Assembly: GCA_951406725.2 (NCBI GenBank)
Contig: OX597824.1
Location: forward strand, 93,000,001-93,064,000
Direction: 5' to 3'
Length of the DNA: 64,000 nt
Origin: Octopus vulgaris
Taxonomy: Eukaryota
The notes beneath the pieces are model-generated. The model was not told the origin of the DNA. It made no database searches and was given only the letters and a program-made list of their open reading frames with translations. Positions within the stretch are counted from its first letter, which is position 1; each line of letters starts with the position of its first letter. A program made the translations under genes and the position numbers. Of this stretch, positions 14,221-26,709 are shown piece by piece.

Positions 14221-15919
14221 CTATTTCTTTACTATCCACAAGGTGGTAAGCACAGAGGGAACAAACAAGGACAGACAAACGGATTAAGTCGATTATATTG
14301 ACCGCAGTGCGTATCTGGTAGTTATTTAATCGACCCCGAAAGGATAAAATGTAAAGTCGACCTCGGTGGAATTTGATCTCAGAACGTAGCGGCAGACGAA
14401 ATACCTATTTCTTTATTACCTACAAGGAGCTAAACACAGAGGGGACACACAAGGACAGACAAACGGATTAAGTCGATTACATCGACCCCAGTGCGTAACT
14501 GGTACTTTATTTATCGACCGCGAAAGGATGAAAGGTAAAGTCGTCTTCGGCGGAATTTGAACTCAGAACGTAGCGGCAGACGAAATACCTATTTCTTTAC
14601 TACCCACAAGGGGTTAAAGACAGAGGGAACAAGCAAGGATAGAGAAACGGATTAAGTCGATTATATCGACCCCAGTGCGTAACTGGTACTTATTTAATCG
14701 ACCGCGAAAGGATGAAAGGCAAAGTCGACCTCGGTGGAATTTGATCTCAGAACGTAACGGCAGAGGAAATACCTATTTCATTACTACCCACAAGGGGTTA
14801 AACACAGAGGGAACAAGCAAGGATAGACAAACGGATTAAGTCGATTGTATATGGACCCCAGTACATAACTGGTACTAAATTTATCGACCCCGAAAGGATG
14901 AAAGGCAAAGTCGACCTCGGTGGAATTTGATCTCAGAACGTAACGGCAGAGGAAATACCTATTTCATTACTACCCACAAGGGGTTAAACACAGAGGGAAC
15001 AAGCAAGGATAGACAAACGGATTAAGTCGATTGCATAGACCCCAGTGCGTAACTGGTACTTAATTTATCGACCTCGAAAGGATGAACGGCAAAGTCGACC
15101 TCGGTGGAATTTGATCTCAGAACGTAACGGCAGAGGAAATACCTATTTCTGTACTACCCACAAGGGGCTAAACACAGAGGGAACAATCAAGGATAGACAA
15201 ACGGATTAAGTCGATTGTATATGGACCCCAGTACGTAACTGGTACTTAATTTATCGACCGCGAAAGGATGAAAGGCAAAGTCGACCTCGGTGGAATTTGA
15301 TCTCAGAACGTAACGGCAGAGGAAATACCTATTTCATTACTACCCACAAGGGGCTAAACACAGAGGGAACAAGCAAGGATAGACAAACGGATTAAGTCGA
15401 TTGTATATGGACCCCAGTACGTAACTGGTACTTAATTTATCGACCCCGAAAGGATGAAAGGCAAAGTCGACCTCGGTGGAGAACGTAACGGCAGACGAAA
15501 TACCTATTTCTTTACTACCCACAAGGGGCTAAACACAGAGGGAACAATCAAGGATAGACAAACGGATTAAGTCGATTGTATATGGACCCCAGTACGTAAC
15601 TGGTACTTAATTTATCGACCGCGAAAGGATGAAAGGCAAAGTTGACCTCGGCGGAATTTGATCTCAGAACGTAACGGCAGGCGAAATACCTATTTCTGTA
15701 CTACCCACAAGAGGCTAAACACAGAGGGAACAAGCAAGGATAGACAAACGGATTAAGTCGATTATATTGACCGCAGTGCGTAACTGGTACTTATTTAATC
15801 GACCGCGAAAGGATGAAAGGTAAAGTCGACCTCGGCGGAATTCGATCTCAGAACGTAGCGGCAGATGAAATACCGCTAAGCATTTCGCCGATGTGCTAAC
15901 GTTTCTGCCAGCTCCCCGC
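14221..15919 (-). repeat. Head-to-tail 9-unit array of SINE family B (one complete tRNA-like head plus 8 headless bodies)
   Basis: Plus-strand unit starts ~14221, 14405, 14589, 14773, 14959, 15143, 15329, 15504, 15690; period 184-186 bp (one 175 bp). Confidence 0.95.
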
Positions 15920-15924
15920 AACTC

Positions 15925-16290
15925 CACTTGGGTACTTGAATACTACCTGCGCTTCACCCACTTCATAAATAACAACCACGTTCACTGTATATGGGGTTTG
16001 CTTCATTACCTTTACCCGATCAGCTTGTCCCAGTGTCAGTTTCGTGGCTTCTGTTCTAGGTTTTACTTATGTTTAGTGTACGCCTAAAAGAGACACGCAT
16101 GTCGTTCCGCTTGGAAATCTTCCCGCAGTTACATAATTGAGGAAAATGGTTTTATGATCAAGCATGTCGTAAGGGTTGTATATATGTTCGTTCCACTTCT
16201 CCATTTTTTCCATCTCCTTGTCTAGCTTTTTTTTCAAAAAAGTTTATTCTAGAAGACGTATCCATTTTCCCATTTTGTGAAAGTTAATCA
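15925..16290 (-). pseudogene. Possible PLE thumb/linker relic next to the SINE array
   Basis: Weak: ISKRNDMRVSFRRTLNISK and NVVVIYEV in broken frames. Confidence 0.3.
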
Positions 16291-16414
16291 AATACACACT
16301 GTCTCTATTTTTTTTTACTGAGCCTTTGTGTTATAGTTTTGCATCAAGCATGTATATATGTGTATGTGTGTGTACGTGTGGAGATAGACAGTTAGACAGG
16401 CAAATACATAGATA

Positions 16415-16734
<320 letters not shown>

Positions 16735-17350
16735 AAGAAGGAGAGAGAGGAAGAGAGTGTGTGAGAGTGTTTGTGTGAGAAAGAGAGATGCAGATTTTTT
16801 TTTCTAACGCATATATGCCATTGGGAAAAGAAACTTGTGATACGTCAGTTATTCGTGCAATGCCGGCTACTTTACTAACCCTGGCGCCAGACGACACCGT
16901 GGAGATGCGAAACTGGTCCAGAACTGGAGATAAATGAGTCCTGCAGCCTTTTGTGTATGTTCTAACAGAAGACTCTTTGTTTCTCCGTTATGACTTCCGT
17001 TCAGAAATAGCAACAAGAAGAGGATTACCTCGACCATGTGAATGCGTATTTTCCAACTACTACTGACTCGAAGACATACACTGCTACATGTGGAATATAA
17101 CTAGTTTGGGCCCCCAACTCTTCACTAGCGTTCCCAGACTGTAAAGCGTTCGAGACTGTCTCCATTGAAAAGGTAAACGCGTGTTTGGGGTTTACTTCAA
17201 GCAATTTTGTCCATGACTAAATCTGTCTTGTCCTTTCGGTTGCGTATGGTTTGTGGTGTTTTGTTTTGCTTGATGTATCAAGCAGGCCGAGCAGTATGGC
17301 ACACACTGTTTTTTTTAATGTATTCTTTTCCCATAGATAGATAGATAAAT

Positions 17351-17579
17351 GGAGGCACTTGGCCAAGTGGTTAGAGCAGCGGACTCGCGGTCGAGGGATC
17401 GCGGATTCGAATCTCTTCTGCTGACTCTTTCGCCACAACTTTCTCTCACTCTTTCCTCCTGCATCTTGCAGCTCACCTGCAATGGACCGGCGTCCCAGGC
17501 AGGTGGAGAATCTATACACCAAGGAAACCGGGAAACCGGCCATTATGAGCCAGGGATGGCTCGAGAAGGAACAAACAAA

Positions 17580-17580
<1 letters not shown>
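17351..17580 (+). mobile_element. SINE family C, internally deleted, alternative tail
   Basis: Same head as 18527; different 3' half; fragment also at ~24428-24545. Confidence 0.85.
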
Positions 17581-17621
<41 letters not shown>

Positions 17622-18526
17622 CGAGAGAGAGAGAGACAGAGAGGGATACATGTATATACATATATACACACGAGCGCACGTCTATATTTTTTTGTATATC
17701 ATTCGCTGTCATGTGCCTATAATAAATATAATATTCCGTTTATTTTAGTTATTTAGTCCACCAGTCTACATCTGTATTATATTATTTTTTATTGCATCCA
17801 TTTAAATGCGAGGATAGATAGATAATTTTGTTTTAGACCCCTTTCATTGGGATGCCTACTACAGCTGTTTCTTTGATAATTAGAACGACTGGTCCTAACG
17901 AGGTTTTATCACCCTTAAATAATGCTGTGATAATTTTATATTCATACACAGCTGGCCCATCAGAACATTGTGTTTGCAATAAACCTGGACTTTTTATCCT
18001 TTTTCAAATATATGCAATACTGTATTTCAGGCAAATATTTCTACTAAAAAGTTTGCAAAATATTTTACGATGCCTTTTATACGGGAACAAGATTTGACGG
18101 GCAAAAGCAACGCATACAAAGTAAATAAGTGGTTTCCTTACGCATGCTATAAATATGCATTTCAAAATATTTTGATATACGCATCTCGTTGATGTCGAAA
18201 CAATGACGTCACGCTAATTATCTCCAATAAAATCTAATATTTGCAATCACGGAATAGATAGTAACTTTTCATATGAGTGTTGACAGATTTTAGCCGGTTA
18301 ATATCCACCATAGCTTTAACTAGCATTTATAGACATGTTATAAATTGGATACATTGACGCCAGATGGAGATATTAAAGATGCTAATCGCTCAATCGTTCA
18401 TTCATTATTTGCGAATCTATATGTATTAATATATTCATGTTTGATATTATCAGTCGTTCCAAGGACAGGGCAACTGTAATTACGATGAAACATTTTTAAT
18501 AAAAGCTACCGAAGTATAAATGAATA

Positions 18527-18913
18527 GGAGGCGCAATGGCCCAGTGGTTAGGGCAGTGGACTCGCGGTCGTAGGATCGCGGTTTCGATTCCCAGACCGGG
18601 CGTTGTGAGTGTTTATTGAGCGAAAACACCTAAAGCTCCACGAGGCTCCGGCAGGGGATGGTGGTGATCCCTGCTGTACTCTTTCACCACAACTTTCTCT
18701 CACTCATACTTCCTGTTTCTGTTGTACCTGTATTTCAAATGGCCGGCCTTGTCACTCTCTGTGTCACGCTGAATATCCCCAAGAACTACGTTAAGGGTGC
18801 ACGTGTCTGTGGAGTGCTCAGCCACTTACACGTTAATTTCACGAGCAGGCTGTTCCGTTGATCGGATCAACCGGAACCCTCGTCGTCGTAACCGACGGAG
18901 TGCTTCCATATCC
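18527..18913 (+). mobile_element. SINE family C, full length, with 11-bp TSD
   Basis: A box TGGCCCAGTGG, B-box-like GGTTTCGATTCC; TSD ATAAATGAATA at 18516-18526 and 18914-18924. Confidence 0.92.
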
Positions 18914-19343
18914 ATAAATGAATAATTTTTCAAAGGCTGTTACAGATACTGAAACTCTCCATATTTTGCCGTTCTGAGTTCAAATGCAGCTGAGGTCCGA
19001 TTTGCCAGTCCTCCTTTTGGCGTCAATAGAATACGTACCAGTTTGGCAATAAGGCCGATCTGATCTGCTTGCTGTTACCATCAAAATTGCAGACATGGCC
19101 TCATTGTAGAAAGGATGTATGTGCGTGTGTGCGTATGCGTGTCTGTCTGTGTGAATAAATGCGTTTCTATATTTATATTTATATTTATTTCACCTGTATT
19201 TCGTGTTCGTTTCGAAATACTTGTATGACAAACAAAAAACATTCTAACAATGCATATAACTCTTAATAATATTTAATTGTAAATGAAACGAAAAGGTATT
19301 TTTTTTTTAATATTGAATGCTTATGTAGAGTGATAAAGCAATC

Positions 19344-19380
19344 AAAGTGGCCCGTAGGCAAAAATAGTTGAGAACCACTG
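19344..19380. mobile_element. hAT/Charlie-like terminus
   Basis: GTTGAGAACCACTG is the reverse complement of the CAGTGGTTCTCAAC terminus; partner end not found. Confidence 0.55.
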
Positions 19381-19724
19381 GGTCAGATCACTCGATACTC
19401 AACTAAAATTGTCTTTTAAACTAATATGTGACTTTGAGGATTTACAATATATCCTAAAATGACTGTCGTCTGCTTTTTAGGTTCATTGGCCCGGGTTCAG
19501 GACACGTTTCGAAACGCTAGTGTGCCAGAATCCCGTGTGTTAATGAATCGAATGTGTTCTGATCACGCAGCTGTCGTAAAGAAGTTAAACTTCTGTGACA
19601 AACGAGAATCACAACGGTAAAGAGGATATTCTCTTTCGAATCTGCCGGAATATATTAAGAATAAATACACAAGTCATCGTTTTCGAACCTTCCTTTTCAC
19701 AGTCCATACAGAGATTTATCTATA

Positions 19725-19955
19725 TATCTGTTTCTGTACTACCCACAAGAGGCTAAACACAGAGAGAACAAACAAGGACAGAGAAACGGATTAAGTCGAT
19801 TATATCGACCCCAGTGCGTAACTGGTACTTATTTAATCGACCACGAAAGGATGAAAGGCAAAGACGACATCAGCGGAAGTTGAACTCAGAACATAACGGC
19901 AGACAAAATACGGCTAAGCATTTCGCCCGGCGTGCTAACGTTTCTGCCAGCTCGC
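19725..19955 (-). mobile_element. SINE family B monomer
   Basis: Colinear with 47401-47630. Confidence 0.9.
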
Positions 19956-21471
19956 ATTACTTGGCAGGTTCACCAAGGGTAATTCGTTGGCTGTCATTGC
20001 TATAGAAATTATCACCAACTTATTTAAACACTAGCCACATGTCTGTACTTTACTCCAAAATATGTTCTAGTATATAATTAAGTAGTAAAACAAACCGTTG
20101 ATTACTACTGCAGACCACTTCATTTCCCATGCTCTCTAGAGCCATTTTTATATTATTAGATGTCTATTCATTCTTGTCATTTAGATATTACCGGAACGAT
20201 TTTATATCCACAGACATTTGCTGACATTTGTAATATTCATATTGGATATTTTTTACTACAGTCTCATAAATATCTTGTTCTTTATTCAATAATTACAAAC
20301 CAACAATTGCTTACTAATTTAAAGTTTGCAGGGCATCACATGGCCTCTTTTAATATTCAGCTGAAAATTATCATCCAGAGAGAAAAGATATATTATCAAG
20401 CTATATGGTCAGCGTGGGTATATACACTATAAAAAATTGTTGACTTATATTATTAATGCCTCGATATATACAGATAGAAATCATATTGAAATGATGTTAC
20501 TATACAAATCAACTGCGATAAAAACAAATATACGAGATCATTGACTAGGTAGTAAAAATTTTAGATGACGTGCGTTGACTGAGTCTCGAAGTTAATATCT
20601 GCGTATATTTAAGTTAAACATTTATAGAAATGTAATAAATCGAATATATACAGGTCGTACGGACATTTTGAATGTGTGGTTAGTACGTTGATTCAGTTAT
20701 TTATTTACATACACACGGACAATGGCATACATACAGATATACACACATACACGCTCACGTACACACACTTACATGTATATAGATGTGTGTGTATCTATCT
20801 ATCTATATATATATATATGATATGTGTGTGCGTGTCTATATTTATGTATTCGCGTATACATATATTCACACATATGTAAGCATATGTGCATTCATATATA
20901 GCTATGTGCATAAATACATAGATACACACACAGACACACACAAATGGACATATAGAGACTATTCGTAAATGTATGGAAGAGGTTTTCCTTCTAAACACAT
21001 GTTATCCGATTCGGTGTCGAAACTGTGGCACATTGTCAACTTCTACAGCCTTGGTCTGACCAAAGTCGAGCAAGAGGAATTTTTGGTTGACGAACAAAAA
21101 CAACTATAAGATGGTTGCTTGTGTATATATATATACGAATGGCCGTGTGGTAAGTAGCTTGCTAACCCACCACACTGCTCCGGATTCAGTCCCACTGCGT
21201 GGCACCTTGAGCTAGAGTCTTCTATTATAGCCTCAGGCCGATCAAATTCATGTGAAAAAAAGCTTCCAGTGAACATTAAAAGAGTCTTAACTCTGCTAGG
21301 TCAGCACAAGCCATGCTGGTCAACTTGGTACCGGTTTCGAAATTAGAAACACGAAGGCTAAAAAATAAGCAATGGTTGGGATCGATTCATCTGACTACAA
21401 AATTCTTGAATGCGGTGCTGCAGCATGACCGTGGTCTAACGGCAGAAGCAAGCAAAATATAAAAAATGAAA

Positions 21472-21682
21472 AAAATCCCTGGAGAAGGACATCATGCTAG
21501 GAATGGTCAGTGGCAAGAGAGGATGAGGCCTACCAAGAACCCACTGACTTGACACCATCAAGAGTGATACCGGAATGGACATAACCGGTCTGAAAGAAGC
21601 GGCCCAGGATAGAACTGACTGGAGGACACTGATCCAACGAGTAACCGAGAGTCGACTTCGACTGAGCGGATAGATAGATAGC
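21472..21682 (+). mobile_element. RTE (BovB-like) LINE extreme 3' fragment with (GATA)n tail
   Basis: Translates SLEKDIMLGMVSGKRG*GLPRTH*LDTIKSDTG...AAQDRTDWR...SRLRLSG*. Confidence 0.85.
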
Positions 21683-21695
21683 GTAGGTATACGTG

Positions 21696-21726
<31 letters not shown>

Positions 21727-21832
21727 ATCTGTATATGTATATATATAGAGATAGATAGATAAATAGATAGATATAAGGCAGTGCTCCAGCATGGCTGCAG
21801 TCAAATTGACTGAAAATGAAAAGAATAAAAGA

Positions 21833-21894
<62 letters not shown>

Positions 21895-21935
21895 GTACGT
21901 AAGTATGCAGGTTTTTACGTATGTATGTCTATATA

Positions 21936-21966
<31 letters not shown>

Positions 21967-22560
21967 CACTGATGTATTCACGGCTGATTAAATTTCACGA
22001 AGACACGTTAATTGGAATCTGAACGAACAAGCAGCTACGTTTAATAAAATCAACCTATTTATATCTGAATATTAATTATCCGAATTTTTATATGCTCACG
22101 CACGGATAGACACCAACTCATACGCACACACATTCGTCTACACAGACTTGTTTAATCGTGCTACACCGAATAAAATAACGGCCATCTTTGTATTCCATTT
22201 ATGAATCTTTTGATGAATAAATTTCGAATCTTTGATGTACAGCGCCGGTCACAGTTGGACATATAATGATATTGGTTCGAAAATCCAAATGTAACTGTGG
22301 AGACATGCTTTCTTGTCCTCCACTCGCTCCTGCTGTTAGTGCTGTGTAAGCTCCAACAACACATCTCTATCTAGACTCAAATGGTGAAACAAACAAAGGT
22401 ACCCCTGCAACTAGTATAATCTCGCAGTCTTGCGGAGTTGATTACTGTATCCGTACATGCATATATACGAATCCATACACCCACTCATACTTACACACAC
22501 GCCCACGCCTTTATACATGTGGGCATACAGGTATGCAGATACATATATACAGAAACTTTC

Positions 22561-22721
22561 ACAGGAGTGGCTGTGTGATAAGTAGCTTGTTTACAAGCCA
22601 CAGGCTTCGGGTCAGGCTCGCCACTTCGGGCAACTGTTTTCTACTATAGCCTCGGGCCGACAAGGCCTTATGGTTGGATTTGGTAGACGGAAACTGAAAG
22701 AAGCCCTCCGTATATATAAAC

Positions 22722-22768
<47 letters not shown>

Positions 22769-22990
22769 TGTGTGCGTGCGTGTGTGTGTGTGTGTCTTTG
22801 TTTGTCCCACACCATTCGCCCGACATCCGATGGTAGTGTGTCTACGTCCACCGTAACTTAGAGGTTGAGCAAAAGTGACCGATAGAATAAGTACTAGGCT
22901 TACCGAGAATAAGTCCTGGTGTCAATTTGTTCGACTAAAGTTGGTGCCCCAGCAAAGCCGCAATCAAATGACTGGAACAAATAAAAGAAA
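22561..22990 (+). mobile_element. SINE family A (tRNA-like head, internal (TG)n, LINE-like 3' tail)
   Basis: CAGGAGTGGCTGTGTG head, GGTAGACGGAAACTGAAAGAAG body, GGTGCCCCAGCA...CAAATGACTG tail. Confidence 0.9.
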
Positions 22991-23796
22991 ATATATAGAT
23001 ATAAATATATATGTGTGTGTGCGGGGTGTATGTATATAGAGAGACAGAGATACACATTAGACACATACATGCAAACAGGTATACTCAAACGTGCATACAT
23101 GCATTCATGCATACACGTAAGTATTCATTAATGCACTGATGCATACATACATCCATACTTGCAAGTATGCATACATATTTGCGTACATACATAGACACAA
23201 ATATACGTACATACACACATCCATGCATACATATACACATACATAAAAATATGCGCGCATGCATATATGAATCGATCGTCCCTTCGTGCAGACGTTGGGT
23301 TCCAGCTGTTCAGTCAACAGCACAAAATGCTCATTCAAGCGTTTGAGTATTTGGCAGAAAAATAATACTACCTTTATACTCTCCGAAGCAGTCAGTTTGG
23401 CTCTGGGCATAACAAATCTGACGCCATCAGTTTTCAGGCGCAGTTCGGTTTCTGCGCTATTTCCCTCAAGCTGTCAATTCCGTTAATTTAACTGGCAAGT
23501 CTACGATGGAGAAAATATTTCAGATGCATTGCAACATTGAAACGTGAAACCTGTGAATGAGAGATGACTGTCTTGTCTAAATTCTCATTGGCCCAGTAGC
23601 TAAATATATAAGCAGCCCGACCAATGCAATATCCTCAGAACTCAAATGCTGAACTTGTTAAATACAACACGTCCCATACTTCCAATAATAATGCTAACGG
23701 TTTCAAATTTTTGTAGAGGCCCATCCGTTTTTGCAAGGAGAACGAAGTCAATTGCGTTGACACAGGTAATTGACTGTTACATTATTTGATGAATAC

Positions 23797-24155
23797 AGGC
23801 GGTGAGCTGGCAGAAACGTTAGCACGCTTTGCGAAATGCGTAGCCGTATTTCGTCTGCCGTTACGTTGTGAGTTTAGATTCTGCCGAGATCGACCTTGCA
23901 TTTCATCCTTTCGGATTAAATAAGTACCAGTTACGCACTGGAGTCGATATAATCGACTTAATCCGTTTGTATGTCCTTGTTTGTCCCGTCTGTGTTAAGC
24001 CCCGTGTGAGTAGTAAAGAAACAGGTATTTCGTCTGGCTATACGTTCTGAATTCAAATTCCTCCGAGGTCGACATTGCATTTCATCCTTTCGGATCTAAT
24101 CGAGTAGCCCCCTCCCCCAAATTTTCTGGCCTTGGGCCTAGAGTAGAAAAGATTA
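23797..24155 (+). mobile_element. SINE family B heterodimer nested in an older opposite-strand B copy (~23690-24245)
   Basis: Complete unit, junction AAGAAACA/GGTATTTCG at ~24022, second unit with the alternative tail; flanks ATTATTTGATGAA and ATTATTTTATGAA. Confidence 0.85.
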
Positions 24156-24808
24156 TTTTATGAACCCCAAGATTAAGAAAGCTAAAATCGACCACAGCGG
24201 AATTTGAACTGAGAACAAGTGCTGCTAAGCGCTTTGTCCAACATTTACCGTTGTTTATGTCGTATTAATAGATATGACTTTGACCAAGCGTGTTTCTTCT
24301 TAAAGGTAAAAGCTTATGTTGATAACAAAAACACTGTAATTGCCAACAATACTACCAAATCGCTTGCTTATAAAAGATTACTCAAATATTCCCACCTTTT
24401 TTAGTCTTTCTGCCTTTTTTGCGAAAGCACATACCCTAAGCTCCATGCGTCTCCGGTAGACGGTAATGGCGAACTTCTGCTGACTTTCGCCACAACTTTC
24501 TCTCACTCTTTGATCCTGTATCTAGGAACAAACGAAGGGACAAACACATTTAGACTTTTTATTTAAGTACTACTCCAGTGCCATCAAATAGTCCGGAAAT
24601 ACCTGATGTTTATATAAATCATGGGACGGGTGTTAGAGACAAATGATTTTCGTCAAGGGTATCACTTTCTCAGAAAGACCGTAGATAATCTTGCTCAATC
24701 TGGGATAAAAATGAACCCACTCAGGACATAGCATGGCTGATTGTAATTAATGTAGAATACTGTGTTCAGTGATGCTTGCTAGATCAACTGGTTATTAAAT
24801 AAAGCTCA

Positions 24809-25279
24809 CTATTTCTCTAGCCATTGCTCATCGTTTCCTTTTAAACATATCCAGTGGCTAACCTTTTCCACTGTAGTTTGGATATCGGTCATGGTGGTAT
24901 TCACTTTACAATGAGTTAGGCCTTACGATAACAACAGTCGTCTCACACTGTCCAACAAACCCTCTACATCCAACTTCGAAAAATGCTCCGCTTTCCAGCT
25001 TGCGTCTTCACATTCCTCGAGGAGGTTTACATAACGGTCAATCTTTCGAGCCCGAGCGGCGTCCAAGTTATCTTCATGAGGAGCCGTTAACTCCACCAGA
25101 TTTACAACTTTCCTTCTTTCACACCGCATCGAAATGTCCGGTTTTTTCGTAACTGGGATGGGAAAGAATCCCTGGCACCCAGGTAAATCTGCAGTCACCT
25201 CCCAATTGCCGTTCCACTTTTCATCTCTCACAGGAAGTTTCTTGTTCTTCTTGAAACGGATCCGCTGACATGAGCGCAC
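24809..25279 (-). pseudogene. Restriction-like endonuclease domain of a Hero-like non-LTR retrotransposon (3' fragment)
   Basis: WEVTADLP...KKPDI...VELTAPHEDN...RKIDRY (PD-E-K pattern); after frameshifts EVGCRGF and VEKVSHWICLKGNDEQW*. Confidence 0.85.
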
Positions 25280-25692
25280 GATGGTAACAAAATCTCTAGT
25301 TATGAATTATACATAGTCAAAACAATATACGCGGTATTTTTTTGAGGATATAATGTATCATTCCAACAAATTAGATATTTTAATGATTGTAGAAAGATAA
25401 TTTAGAAAAGATGGTTAGTTAAGGATAGTCAAAAATCCAGTACAAAGAGTAACATAGAAGTAGATGTATATATACAGTAGATATATATATGTATGTGTGT
25501 GTGTAATTGGAAGAGGGTGTACTTATATGCATGTAGCCATACGTACTTGGCGGATTGTCGTTATGGCAAAAGACAAAAAGTAAAAATATGTTTAGTAACA
25601 CTGAGAATTATTGAAAACTTTGTGACCGCAACATATATGAGCACACACACACACACACACACACAGACAGACACATATATATGTATGCAAGT

Positions 25693-25775
<83 letters not shown>

Positions 25776-25802
25776 ATGTAAATAAGTATCTGTACGATAT
25801 AC

Positions 25803-25843
<41 letters not shown>

Positions 25844-26218
25844 CGAATTTGTATACAAAAAATCTATAGGTATATACAAATTTCCAAATATCTGTGTATG
25901 TGAATATGCGTGAATATGTACATATATATGTGCTTGTGTGTAAGTGTGAGTTTGTATGTGTGTGTATGTGTGTAGTATGCGGGCAAAATATGAAAATAAC
26001 GAGATATCCTCTTCTCTATATTTTTTTAATATCTTTTCTTCATAACCTTTCCAAGAAAATGGCCGTCGGTCCAAATAAATATTAAAATATTAAACAGAAC
26101 ATCTGCACACATCTGATTATGGTACACGTGCTCAGAAGTACAGGCGCACTCAAGCACACACACAGAGACCCTTATATGCATACTTACATATGTATACACA
26201 CATAAATACTTATATTTC

Positions 26219-26356
<138 letters not shown>

Positions 26357-26599
26357 CAAACACAAAAACACAGAAGACTTGACGTAAAAAAAAAACGGAA
26401 AGAGACGTCATGGTTACTGAGACTATTTACAAAGATATTTGTTGTAAGTTATATCTATATATACACGTACACATACATATACACACTGAAATACGTATGT
26501 GTATAAGTATGTATTAATATATATATCAATGAATATACATACATGCATATATATACGTATATATATATATATATATATATACATATATATGTACATATA

Positions 26600-26635
<36 letters not shown>

Positions 26636-26709
26636 AATCCTTAAATCCTTAAAAATGTTTTAGCCGAAGGCCGCGGCCATGCTGGGGCACCACCGCTGAA
26701 TGAGCCACA

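Noticed and set aside
14221-15919. CRISPR-like array
   Set aside because: Whole ~185-bp units repeat with no unique spacers, no cas genes, eukaryotic SINE sequence
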